This document shows, one piece after another, positions 1 to 11,845 of a stretch of DNA of 33,589 bases. Under the pieces are notes generated by a model, which was not told where the DNA came from, searched no databases, and saw nothing but the letters and a program-made list of their open reading frames with translations. The position numbers and the translations under genes were made by a program. How positions within the stretch are numbered: the first letter of the stretch is position 1; each line of letters begins with the position of its first letter. The DNA comes from Nemertoderma westbladi (Eukaryota > Animalia > Xenacoelomorpha): NCBI GenBank assembly GCA_032718475.1, contig JAUCBJ010001553.1:1-33589 (forward strand). The letters run 5' to 3'.

Positions 1-570
1 TGTCTTTCTCGATTTTGACCCCGATTTTGTCTTTCCCTATTATGTCCTCTGTGTGCATGGTATGTGTCCGAATTTGTGTTTACCATTGTGTACTTGATAT
101 TGTGAACATCTGTTGAGTACAGTGACTGGTAAGTGGTTACTTGTTCCTAGCTTTCGCACTTTCGCACTTTCCTAGCTTTCAGTATTGTTTGCGGAACTTA
201 CTTCCCCTCAATACTGCCGGCGAGGCGGGTGAAAACGTGTCAATATTCCATGTTGGGTAGCGCAAGCCCACATGGGACAAGACCGTCGGTTAGGCCCAAG
301 GGCGACCTTGGTGCTCGATCGCTATCGACTGGGCCACCCGCTGGTTGACTCTCTGAGTTGGCTCAATGTACAGTCAGGCCACAGTAAGTTGACAGTAGCC
401 GCCCATCTGGCTACACGTTCGACGAGCTGTGCCGTTGTGATCGGGGGACCGATAACAGAACCCGGGAAGCATAGGGCCACCCTCCAGCCCGGTCTGATAA
501 TAACATCAGTCACATTGGCCCCAGGGGTGGTGGAAAGGTGTCCGCCTCGTTGGTGCGCCTCGGGGAGGAG
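1..570. other. Unidentified repeat fragment homologous to 18175-18700, directly abutting BEL/Pao pol
   Basis: Collinear match to 18175-18700 (e.g. CTTCCCCTCAATACTGCCGGCGAGGCGGGTGAAAACGTGTCAATATTCCATGTTGGGTAGCGCAAGCCCAC in both). The plus strand is G/T-rich and no protein family was recognised. Right boundary approximate. Confidence 0.8.
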
Positions 571-574
571 CCCA

Positions 575-3235
575 GAAGGACACAAGCGCTGCTACCGACA
601 GGACATTTTGAAGTTGGAATGTTGTGGCGTCGACAACCTCCTAAGTTGGAGAACAACTACAACTTGGCTCTGAAAAGATTGAACGGAGTAAGGGCTCGGT
701 TGTTAAAGAATCCAGACGTTAGGGAGAAGTATTGCGCCCAGATAAACAACTATTTCGCCAAGGGATTTGCTGGGAAGGTAGAGGACCCCGACTTAGTGAC
801 GGACCAGACTTATTACCCCCCACACCACTATGTGACTCACCCTGACAATCCAGACAAAGTCTGAGTAGTCAACGACTGCGCAGCAGTCTATAGAGGTATG
901 TCCCTGAACTCAGAGTTGATGGATGGTCCCAACTTAAATAACTACTTAATAGGGATACTGTTACGCTTTAGACAGCTGCGATTCGCGTTTACTTGCGACA
1001 TCGAGGCAATGTTTCACCAGGTAAGAGCCTGCAAGGCGGACCAGGGTAGTCTCCGATTTCTCTGGTATTAGAATGAAGACCTATCCGGCCCAGTGGTTAC
1101 ATACCAGATGTATGTCAGGATATTCGGTGCCCGCGATAGTCCCAACAGCACGCTGTTTGTTCTAAAGAAAACGGAAATGGCCCAGATATGTAAGTATCCA
1201 GTAGATGTTATTGAGTCCATCCTGAGAAACTTCTATATGGACGACGGATTGGTGTCCAAGGACACAGCGGAACAAGCCATAGAAGTGGCTCACGGCCTAC
1301 AGGAGTGCATGGCTACAGGAGGTTTCCCTCTGACCAAGTTCACCACCAACTCGGAGGCCCTATTAGAGTCGTTCCCGGTGAAAGATCGCGGGAGCGGAGA
1401 CATTGAATTGGGGGTAGAACCCATCCCCATGGCGCGAGTACTGGGACTAGCTTGGAATCCGAACATGGATAAGTTCCAGGTGAGAGTTTGGTTTGAGCCC
1501 AGTAGCCCGGACAAAGTTTTGACTAAGAGAATCTGCTTATCCACAATGAGTAGACTATTTGACCCGATGAACTTTATTAGCCCAATAATATTACAGGCAT
1601 GAGTATGTATGAGGAAAATTTGGTTGTCCGACCTAGAGTGGGACGAGCCAATATGCAAAGCAGTGGAGAGAGTGGGAAGCCGAGTTACATCTATTGAAAA
1701 ATATAGATATACCCCGCTCCTACTTTCCGAATCAGCTGGTATTTCCAGCTGATTTAGAACTGCATTTGTTCAGTGACGCAAGTGACACTGGCTTTGGTAT
1801 GGTAGCCTACCTTCGCCGAGAGGTAAGTCAGGATAAGTTTGAGACAGCCTTTGTGACTTCTAGATCAAAGACAATGCCGGTCAAATACATGACTGTCCCT
1901 CGTGCAGAGTTGCAGGCGGCATTAGTCTCAGTCGAGGTAAGTAAGCAGATAATAGAGGAGTTAGGCATGACATTGACCTTATTTTATTGGACAGACGCAT
2001 CCTTAGTGTTAGTGTATATTGCAGCTGACAATATTGCACTAAAGACATTTGTGGCCAACAGACACGCTCAGATCGTCGACTTCTCGACGAAGGAACAGTG
2101 GAGACATTGTCCGGGAGTGTTAAACCCGGCCGACATAACTTCGAGAGGTGCTATGCCGGCGGAATTCTGTCAGGAGGAGTCCCAGGAGTTTTGGTTGCAT
2201 GGACATGGTTTTCTAACGAGGACACAGGAACACTGGCCAGAGCGACTGAAGATAGTAACTAATCCGATGCCGATAGATGCAGAAGTCAAAGTGGAGAAAG
2301 TTTCCAAGTCTAAGTCGAAAGCCAAACTCAAGTCATTGGAGCGGCCTGATGAGTCATTGGAGAGGCCTGAAAAGTCATTGGTGCGGCCTGAAGAGTCATT
2401 GGAGCGGCCTGAAGAGTCATTGGAGCGGCCCGGAGACCTGTCAGACCAAGAGACTTACGTGACTACTAGGTCTGGAAGGGGAAGTTATGACATAAAACCA
2501 CCCTTACAGACTACACAAGGGTCACAATTGGTAAGTGACGGATAGAAAATGACCGACAAGATGGAGCCTTTGGTTTCCAAACCTGCGGGTTTGGATTCGA
2601 AACTTCCATTAGCTAGCGGGCAACCGTCGCTGGCATTAGAGCCATGTAGTATTTATGACAAATTACTAAATTCGTCTGCCTCTTGGCTAACAATTTGTAA
2701 AAGAACTGCGTGGTTAAGCCGATACGTTTCGTACCTTTGTTTAAAACATTCGGAACATTTAGGAGAACAAATGAGCACTAATATTGAGCGAATTCAGAAA
2801 TTGAAACAACCTCTGACAGAGGATGAGATTGATCAAGCGGAATTAAAGCATTTGCAGCATTATCAAATGTGTGCCTTCCCGAAAGAATTCTATCTGTTAT
2901 CGGCTCAACGACCAGTTCTCTATAAACCCCTTAGAAAATGGAGTCCATTAATCCATAAGGGTTTGATTTGTCATAGATCGAGAATCCAGACTGTCGACAT
3001 AAACTCACAGTTTAGGTTCCCAGTGATAATCCCTAGTCACCCAATAGAATTACAAAGAGCGATTCTATGGGATATACATAAGAGGTTGCATCACGCGGGA
3101 AAGTTATACTGTTTGTCGGCAGCGAGACAGCGATTCATTCTATTGCAGCCAAGCAGGGCAGTAGGTACTATGTACGACGCCTGTCTGGTTTGCAAGAGGG
3201 TGAACGCCAGAGTATTGGAACAGGAGATGGCTTAA
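575..3235 (+). pseudogene. pol: BEL/Pao LTR retrotransposon pol remnant: RT, Pao RNase H (peptidase A17-type region) and integrase zinc-binding domain; integrase core missing
   Basis: Motifs YYPPHHYVTHPDNPDKV, DIEAMFHQV, FGARDSP, RNFYMDD, RVLGLAWN, TKRICLS..FDP, LHLFSDAS, PRAELQAA, FYWTDA, FVANR, WRHCPGVLNPADITSRG and H..LHHAG...CLVC. Several stops and a frameshift near 1660-1690. The HPxKPDKVRVV-D / DIEAMFHQV style resembles the Sinbad/Suzu branch (recalled, not searched). Confidence 0.95.
2331..2435 (+). repeat. 5 x 21-bp in-frame tandem repeat (SLERPEE-type heptads) between RNase H and integrase
   Basis: AGTCATTGGAGCGGCCTGAAG-like units start at 2331, 2352, 2373, 2394 and 2415. Confidence 0.95.
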
Positions 3236-3523
3236 CTATTGTCCTTTTTAACTACTGTAGTCTAGTACAAGTATTGGGAGTAGCTTGGGCATCAAAAAGT
3301 GAGTTGGTCACGGCCAGTTTATCTCCGAAGTTTTTGCGCTATGCATGGGAATAGGTTAGAAGGTAGTTAGGAATGAGACAGGATCTAGAGAGCCGAACCT
3401 GAACTGCTGGAAGGCGGCCGGGGGTTTGGCAAGTCTGTCCTTCGGCATCATCTAACTGATTTACCCCAGTGTAATTAGTTACGTAATGGACCCAATTGGA
3501 TATATGTATATATACGTGGCAAA

Positions 3524-4319
3524 ATGGAGAAGGAAATGAGAGCGCAACCGAGGAGAGGGTTCACCGCCAGAGAGGAGGCGGAACTACCGTTCGCCCAACC
3601 CGGGTGTAAGGATTCGAATGTTTACTACCACGGGAGATCGGTGATGGAGTTGAACGGGAAGTATAAGCCCACGTATGAGAAGGAGTTGAGGAGGGAACGG
3701 ATGCGAGCGTTGGGACACCGCATGGAGGTTCTACGGAAAGAATAACGCACTCGTTATCCCTACGACTTTGCCCTTGATGTATGTGATATTAGCGCAGACC
3801 CCGATGAGGAAATCGCTCGTCTATACCACATTAAACATGTATTTACGATATGACGAACCGCTACCTGCAGTCCGGGATCAATTCGACGGAATGCCCCTTT
3901 ACCGGAGGACTCGAGGCGAGGATCAGGAGACGCCAAAGGTTTTCATTATATACAAGTTGTTCTACATATGTGGCGAATGCATGAATAAGCAAGACGTAGC
4001 GATTCCCGATCGACTGAATGAGCAGAATCCTGAACCGATATTAACGCGATGTCAAGCTCACCAGTTTCTTAGATACAACGAGGGAGGTTACCCGATGAGC
4101 AACCCGATGATCAGTATCGACTTTAGCGGAAAGCGACCTCCGAGACCCATTATGCCGACTGTTACGACTTTAGATCCGTATACGGAGATTAAACCCTGTT
4201 CGACACCCGCTTTGATAGAGACGGCGGCGGCCATTTCGCTATACCGAGCCTATAAGGACATAGAGGCGCGGCGCGAAGCGGCACGGGACTCGAGTACCAC
4301 CTATATCCTTATTTATTAA
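3524..4319 (+). pseudogene. Orphan ORF region downstream of the BEL pol remnant (ORFs 3524-3745 and 3768-4319, probably one disrupted gene), function unknown
   Basis: ATG at 3524 and a coding-like, CpG-rich island between AT-rich DNA. Contains CGEC...CQAH. No family recognised. Confidence 0.5.
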
Positions 4320-4979
4320 ATATCATAAACACTTATATATTCAAATTAAACAAATAACAAATAAAATTGTTCTAGAACACATTTTTGTTGTATGAAATTT
4401 TTGTTGTAAGAACAGTTTCTTAGAAATTACCAAAAATGTGAAAGTCCCATAGAACATCAACAGGAAATGGCAACTCACTACTAAATGGTAGTTTTCAAAT
4501 CAAATCAACCTAAACCACCACCCATTAGTTATCACAATATCATCATAAATAAATTACGGACCATGGCCCGCCCAAGCCACCACCCCCCACTCGTACTCCC
4601 TAATTATTCCCACCACCCACCCCATTAGCATCATGTATCAGCCCACCCACCCTCCAATGTGTTTACTCATATAATATATGGCTAAGGGTCAGCCCACCCA
4701 CCCACTAATTTAATTCCATGTAGTTAAAATTACGTTTGGTATTTTTTTTATGTCATGTAACCCCCATTATCGCCCCCAACCCCAACATATTTCTATTACG
4801 TTGTTTTCATATCTGCACTATGTCATAATCTAAGACGGACGCCGAAATGTAGCATTCTAAAACATTAATACGCATCATCCAAGGACTCGGTCGCAATCCA
4901 AAACAAGTTACATCCGAAAATTAAATAATATTGCCTGCTTCCAAATTAGCTTTGATTCCATCTAAAAACGGTCATTTTG

Positions 4980-5540
4980 TATGGTAATTTTCACTCGAAA
5001 CCTCGATCATTAAATCTGCCGTAGTCGATAGAGTAGGGGTAGGTAGCGGTCCCATAGTTAAATAATGTTTAGTTAAGCCGTTGCTATGGCGGAACACCCC
5101 GTTGCTATGGTATTTTGACTCGAAACCTCGTCCATTAAATCCGCTGTAGTCGATATAGTAGGAGCAGGTAGCGGTCCCATAGTCTACTAATGTTTATTTT
5201 TGCCGTTGCTATGGCGGAACACTCTGTTCCTATGGTAATTTGACTCGAAACCTCGTCCATTAAATCCGCCGTACTCGATATTAGGAGTTGAAATTGGTCC
5301 CATAGTCTAAACATTTTTATTTAAGCCGTTGCTATGGCGGAACACCCTGTTGCTATGGTAATTTTGACTCGAAACCACGTCCATTAAATCCACTGTAGTC
5401 GATATAGTAGGGGTAGGTAGAGGTCCCATAGTCTAATAATGTTTATTTTAGCCGTTGCTATGGCCGAACACCCTGTTGCTATGGTAATTTTGACTCGAAA
5501 CCTCCTCCATTAAATCCGCTGTAGTCGATATAGTAGGGGT
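4980..5540. repeat. Tandem array, ~125-bp unit, ~4.5 copies
   Basis: CTATGGTAATTTTGACTCGAAACCTCG...CATTAAATC...GTAGTCGATA...GGTCCCATAGT...GCCGTTGCTATGGCGGAACAC recurs near 4980, 5105, 5230, 5353 and 5479. Confidence 0.92.
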
Positions 5541-5553
5541 ATGTACTATGTAG

Positions 5554-6960
5554 TAGGGCGGTGTGTTTTTTACTTTTTTTCGATTTCATTGTTCTACCGG
5601 TGCACAAAAGTTGCCAAATGGTAAAGAAATAAGGCAAAAAAAATTTCTTTAAATTTCGTCTATGTCTTCACGGATCCCAAGAGGGTTGAAATTTTGTGCC
5701 ATCGCGATGCACCATAATGAAATTTATAACAATATAACACATTGATGAAAGATCAATGACTCAAAAAAGAACTTCCTGCATGCATCAAATGTCATCCAAT
5801 GGGTCCAAACTTAGTTAGATACCAAAATTTTAATTTTTGGATCAAGGGAAGTAGTGCCACAGGCACATGACCAGAACCTACTCTTTGGCGCAAGTGATGA
5901 TTATTCTCAATTTTGGTGATGGACAACTTTTAGTTCTCCTACGGCATTAATATTATGCTCATTAGAACCGCAATGACCGATTTAGTGGGGGTAGACACCA
6001 TCAAAATAAGCATAGAGCGAATAGTTCTTGAGATATTACAGAAAATGTTAAGTACGGCACAAGTCAACATTACCGCCTTGATGATTTATAGACAAATACA
6101 CAAAAACGTTACTTCTAATTATCTTAAGGCATCAAAAATATACACATCACTCCAACAAATTGATTTAGTGTATACAGACACCTTCAAAATTAAAGAGTAG
6201 TGATTAATTCACTATAGTTTTTATACAAAATGTGTGGAATGGTTCAATTCAATATCAAGTATTAATTGGTGGGCATAGTCTTGACATTTTGTAAAATAAC
6301 TCAAGAACTAATTACTCTACTCTTATTTTGAAGGTGTCTTCACCCACTATATCGATCATTTCTGTGATGTGTATATTCTTGATTCCTTGAGATAATTCAA
6401 AATATCATTTTTAGTGTAATTGTCCATATCACATCAAGGCGATAATGTAGACTTGTGCCGGACTTCACATTTTCTGCCATATCTCAAGAACTATTCGCTC
6501 TATGTTTGTTTTGCAGGTGTCTACTCCCACTAAATCGGCCATTGCGGTTCTATTGTGCATAATATGAATGCAGTAGGAGAACTCAAAGTTGGCCATCGCG
6601 TAAATTTAGAATAATCATCACTTGCGCCAAATGGTAGGTTCTGGCAATGTGCCTGTGGCACTAGTTCCCTTGATCCAAAAATAAAAATTTTGGTATCTAA
6701 CTAAGATTGGACCCATTTGATGACATTTTATGCATGCAGGAAGATCTTTTTTGAGTCATTGATCTTTCATCAATGTGTTATATTGTTATAAATTTCATTA
6801 TGGTGCATCGCGATGGCACAAAATTTCAACCCTCTTGGGATCCGTGAAGATATAGACGAAATTTAAAGAAATTTTTTTGCCTTATTTTTTTACCATTTGG
6901 CAACTTTTGTGCACCGGTAGAACAATGAAATCGAAAAAAAGTAAAAAACGCACCGCCCTA
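5554..6960. mobile_element. Non-autonomous foldback DNA transposon (hAT-like MITE), 1407 bp, whole element palindromic
   Basis: Ends are TAGGGCGGTG...CACCGCCCTA and the arms are inverted all the way to a centre near 6255. The 8-mer CTATGTAG occurs at 5546-5553 and again at 6965-6972 after an extra CTAT. TAGGG termini with an 8-bp TSD are typical of hAT. Confidence 0.85.
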
Positions 6961-7695
6961 CTATCTATGTAGTGATATGTAACAAGAGATTAAAATAAAG
7001 CCAGTCATTGTTTATATAAAAATCTTTTATTTTTCGAGGTATTTCAATTAAAACAATTCTCTCGTTAATTAGTAATTAATTTATTAACCGATTTTAGCGA
7101 AAAAATTTATCCAATACATCAGATACGGGTCCTCTACATGGTGCCAAAAAAACAGAATCGCCCTAACTAATATAGAAAAAAAAATATTATCCACCTCGTC
7201 CCTAACCCGTATTCGAACTCTGGACCACCCCCGGTCGGGATTTTTTTTGACTCCCCTATACAATCGCGCCAATCGATTTTTAAAATCAATTTTTCGTCCC
7301 TTTATCTCGGTCCTGGGGCCGTATAAAATAATTCTTGAAAAGTGATTTAAATACGCTCTTTCCAACGGTACCATCTGTTTTCCCTGAATATGTTTATAGT
7401 TTTGGCTGTGCTCGATACAGCCAAAATCCTGGTAGCCTTAAGATTGGTACGATTTTAGTGTTACGTGCGCCGTGGCGCAATTTTCGTTATAAACCGGAGT
7501 TTACAGGCCTAAACGCCGGTAGAACAGAGTGGCGCGTTTCGACAAGCAACTCTTTGACTTTAATTTGACTTTTCTGTCGCGCTTTGACAAATTTGACTTT
7601 TTTGACTATTATTTGCAAATAACATGGGTCTTTGAGTCTTGTACTGTAAAAGAATAAAATTTAAAAAATTAAAATTATTAAAAAATTTTTACTTA

Positions 7696-8652
7696 CGATA
7701 TTTTCCAACACTCGATATTTTTCAACACTCGATATTTTTTACTCTCGATATATATCAACACTCTATATTTTTACTCTCGATAATTTTACTCTCGATAATT
7801 TTCAACACTCGATATTTTTATTCTCGATATTTTTCAACACTCGATATTTTTACTCTCGATATTTTTCAACATTCTATATTTTTCAACACTCGATATTTTT
7901 ACTCTCGATATTATTCAACACTCGATATTTTTACTCTCGAATTTTTTCAACACTCGATATTTTTACTCTCGATATTTTTACTCTCGATATTTTTCAACAC
8001 TCGATATTTTTACTCTCGATATTTTTCAACACTCGATATTTTTCAACACTCGATATTTTTACTCTCGATATTTTTGAACACTCGATATTTTTCAACACTC
8101 GATATTTTTACTCTCGATATTTTTACTCTCGAAATTTTTACTCTCGATATTTTTCAACACTCGATATTTTTATTCTCGATATTTTTCAACACTCGATATT
8201 TTTACTCTCGATATTTTTCAACATTCTATATTTTTCAACACTCGATATTTTTACTCTCGATATTATTCAACACTCGATATTTTTACTCTCGAATTTTTTC
8301 AACACTCGATATTTTTACTCTCGATATTTTTACTCTCGATATTTTTCAACACTCGATATTTTTACTCTCGATATTTTTCAACACTCGATATTTTTCAACA
8401 CTCGATATTTTTACTCTCGATATTTTTGAACACTCGATATTTTTCAACACTCGATATTTTTACTCTCGATATTTTTACTCTCGAAATTTTTACTCTCGAT
8501 ATTTTTCAACACTCGATATTTTTACTCTCGATATTTTTGAACACTCGATATTTTTCAACACTCGATATTTTTACTCTCGATATTTTTACTCTCGAAATTT
8601 TTACTCTCGATATTTTTCAACACTCGATATTTTTATTCTCGATATTTTTCAA
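7696..8652. repeat. Minisatellite of interspersed 17-bp (CAACACTCGATATTTTT) and 15-bp (ACTCTCGATATTTTT) units with higher-order structure
   Basis: Read directly from the sequence. Diagnostic variants recur at 352-bp and 111-bp spacing. Confidence 0.97.
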
Positions 8653-9970
8653 TATAACCAATTCATTGCACTGCAATATATATTCCTCCACTAAATATAT
8701 ATTTATTTTACCCGCAATCATCACTAAAATTATTTTATCACTAAAATGTCATTCGATTTCGCTGTGTATATATACAGTACTGTATATAATTTCTTTCTAT
8801 TCTATAAATTCTTTCCCTCTCAGTGTTAAAATAATGATATTATACAGTAGATATTTCTAATTGTATATTTTCAAGCATATATCAATGTAATATTCAAATT
8901 TAAATAAGAATACTGTTGGGTAATTATAAAATTACATTATTTGGTACGGTTTGTACTATTAATAATAATACCACTAATATACAGTACCGGTACTTGATTA
9001 GGCCTACAGTATATAATAATCTATTACAGTAGTGTGCCTACAAACATATCCAGCGGAATAGTTTGGACCTACCGGTAATAAGCAATTTGCTCAAACAGAA
9101 TAACATTCATTTCAAGTTTGTTTCATTGTTTGTAGGCTACTATTAGGCCTACTGTTTAAATAGCAATATTACTATGCTATAAATTAATTAATTAATGATT
9201 TGAAACTATCATTTTGATGATGGAATGAGATTAAATGTGATATACAGTATATATACAAGTATGCAGTTTTATCATGCTCCTCATTTTAATACAAGCACAT
9301 TAGAGTGGGCTATGAGATAGGCCATAAAATAAAATAGCAATTTGGTTTTACCAGAATATCCCTAAGTTAATTACATACAGTATGTAATAATTGTTGATGT
9401 TGAAGGCCAATATTCTGCAAATTTTTAATTGGTACCATGGTGACATCACTGCGGTGTGAGGAGGGGAGGGGGGGGGGGGGGGTGGGGGGTGTCAGCGAGA
9501 GACCTTACCGTGGGAGTTGGATTAGTGGAATTGTGATAAAAGAGCGGAAAAGTTGGATAGTTATTTTTACGGAACACAAGGGAGCACACACAGACGCACA
9601 CCCCAACACACTTCAGTAGAATGGGGGGTGTTTGCTGTGTCCAAACATACTGTAGGCGAATACACTAGTAATTAAAATCAGTACCAAACTGGCTGAATTC
9701 ATATAACTGTAAGAAGTTAATTACACTTTTCAATAAATTAATTGACGGTATTCCAAATCCTCTAAAAAAAGACTATAAATTACTTCTTTCCTAGATTATA
9801 TAGTTTTTGCACCAAAAATGATATCCCCAAACTTCTGTAAGCAAATATACAGAAAAGGGAAAGGTTTAAATACATATTTTTTTTCCCAGATTAAATACTT
9901 TTCGCACTAAATAATTTATATTCGTCCCAAAGTATTTTTATATATGTTCATAAATATTTTTATATTCGAT

Positions 9971-10216
9971 ATTGTTAACAACATCGTTTATTGTTTTGGT
10001 TAGAAAAAGCCGTCTCTAAAACCAGCTTCTTTCCCTCAATTGGTACAAGATACTGTAGTTTATTGTTTTCGTTAGAAAAAGCCATCTCTGTAACATGCTC
10101 CTTTTACCCAATTGCTAACAACATTGTTTATTGTTTTGGTTAGATAAAGTAGTCTTTGTGACATGCTCCTTACTCTCCATTGGTAACAACGTCGTTTATT
10201 GGTTTGGTTGGAAAAG
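9971..10216. repeat. Diverged tandem repeat, ~70-bp unit, ~3.5 copies
   Basis: ATTGGTAACAAC..GTTTATTGTTTTGGTTAGAAAAAGC-like units near 9971, 10039, 10111 and 10179. Confidence 0.85.
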
Positions 10217-10626
10217 CTAACTTTATGGAATTTCATGGCATATATCTGACTATTAATAATTATTGTTTGCTTTTTGTGTTTTAGTGTAGTAAATGTTTGT
10301 TTTGGGGCTGATGTTTTAATTCAGATTAATTTTTTTGGTCAACAAGTTAATTATTTGGTGCAAAAAGTATGTGTATTGATGTTTGCTATTTTTTTGCCAG
10401 ATTTTTTTTTTGGACCGCTTTTATGTTATTTTGTCAATGAGTAAATTATTTGGTCTCGAAAGTATGTTTTTTGGGTAAACTTTAATTGGCTTTAATTGGT
10501 AGCCTAAAATAAATTATTTTTTTTATCCTGTAACCATGGAGAATTGTCTTCCTGCTGTCACAACCAGTCCAGTAGGCCTACAGTACGGGTGATATACTTT
10601 AAGTAGGCACCGGCAGTAGGCCCTAT

Positions 10627-11833
10627 TATAAAAGCTTTTGCGGACATAACAAGTCATTTTTCCCGCAATGCGCAGTGTAGAGGCTTTTCCGGACATAACA
10701 AGTCATTTTCCCGCAATGCGCAGAATACTCTAAAAAAGCCCTAAATTTATCCAACTACGTGACGGGAAGGAATCAGAGCCCAGATGACGACATCTATCAG
10801 CTGATTCTTTGTGGACGTGGAATCTCTTTGTTCGTCCAACCAATCAGAGCGATTTCCCCTTATGTCTGACAGAGGCCTATGGAAACTCGCGCAATGCATT
10901 ACGGTCTTTGTTTACTATTTTCTGAGCAGCACAACCGGCTTGGAATTTTCTGTACTTCTGTGTAGAAGTTTCAGACTTTGGCCTAGAATATCAGATGGCT
11001 TTGATTATAAGAACGTAAAACTATTTACTGAAACACCACTGAAACATTGCTGGATACACTGAATCACTAAACATCGGACCGCATGGAACATTGCTGCACA
11101 TGTCATCCTGCATCATACCTGGAACACTGCATAAGTAACACATACTGACTGTTCACCGCATTATTTTACTTCTGTTATTAATTGTTGTTATATTAATGGA
11201 TATTGCTGTTATATTTGGAGAATACCGATAAATAATCATAAAACGCCCAATCTTCTTAATTACTGAAGGTAAGAGGAACAGGTTTACCGGTAGCAATTGC
11301 GACTTACATTATAGTGGTTTTTGTGTGAATTAAATGCTATTTCATAATCCCTACATGTGTCAGTTGCGATCCTCCTTATATATGATCAAATTCAGTGATG
11401 GTCGGCAGATCAGTGCGAAGTAGTGTGAAGTAGTGTGAAGTCGTGTGAAGGTTAATAAAGCATCTCCTAAAGAATGCGCTTTTTACGAAACTCTGTGGCC
11501 ATCTAGTTGTGATTAGTATAAGTCATAACTCTGTTTTTATACTTAAAGCGCCACGTCCTAAAGGAACTGTTAATATTTCCCCGAAAGTAAATATATTGTC
11601 AGAGATTATATAGTAACGATCAATCGAATAATACAGTAGGTCTACACTGCAATCACTATCAAGGAATCCGAATCCAGTCTCCCAAAACCGTGGGTGATAG
11701 GTCGCGCATGGACTGGCTTCGGCTGATGTAACTTCAGTACACTAGGTAATTGATATTGGCTAAAGTCGATTTATAAACAAGAGGACAACTAAAATTGGCA
11801 GGTTAAACTGCTAAAGGTCTAAAAGCGCGAACA
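10627..11833 (+). repeat. 5' LTR (TATAAAAG...GAACA; terminal TG mutated to TA)
   Basis: Direct repeat of 26536-27742 at offset 15909, with about 23 substitutions and 2 single-base indels counted by eye. Starts with a 49-bp tandem duplication (10627-10723) and has 10-bp AGTGTGAAGT repeats at ~11412-11450. Confidence 0.96.
11454..11459 (+). promoter_or_regulatory. Candidate LTR polyadenylation signal AATAAA (equivalent site 27363-27368 in the 3' LTR)
   Basis: Canonical hexamer conserved in both LTRs. Function not demonstrated. Confidence 0.45.
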
Positions 11834-11845
11834 TTAATAGTTTTA
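11834..11845 (+). promoter_or_regulatory. Non-tRNA primer-binding-site candidate TTAATAGTTTTA, complementary to an LTR-internal 12-mer
   Basis: Directly follows the LTR end and has no TGG. Its reverse complement TAAAACTATTAA is exact at 26925-26936 and 11/12 at 11016-11027. Confidence 0.6.

Noticed and set aside
3524-4319. Homology between this ORF and the 24923-26457 ORF
   Set aside because: Only vague short resemblances, in non-collinear order; not supportable without a profile search.
4556-4790. CCCACCCACCC-rich tract, and G/C homopolymers at ~9465, 24848, 27907 and 32416
   Set aside because: Low complexity; G-quadruplex potential alone gives no supportable function, and homopolymer lengths are error-prone.
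5955-6200. 81-aa ORF in the MITE as a transposase remnant
   Set aside because: It lies in a palindromic arm and has no transposase motifs.
7400-7426. 10-bp hairpin TTTTGGCTGT/ACAGCCAAAA in MITE-like DNA (7080-7620)
   Set aside because: No element boundaries or TSD could be defined; not a terminator in this eukaryotic context.
7696-8652. CRISPR-like appearance of the short repeat arrays (also 4980-5540)
   Set aside because: No unique spacers, no cas genes and a eukaryotic TE context.
7639-8860. 351-aa and 144-aa ORFs
   Set aside because: They are translations of the 15/17-bp minisatellite, which is nearly free of plus-strand stop codons.
10811-11062. ORFs within the LTRs (also 26789-27043)
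   Set aside because: Short, and the two LTR copies differ by a frameshifting indel; no coding signature.
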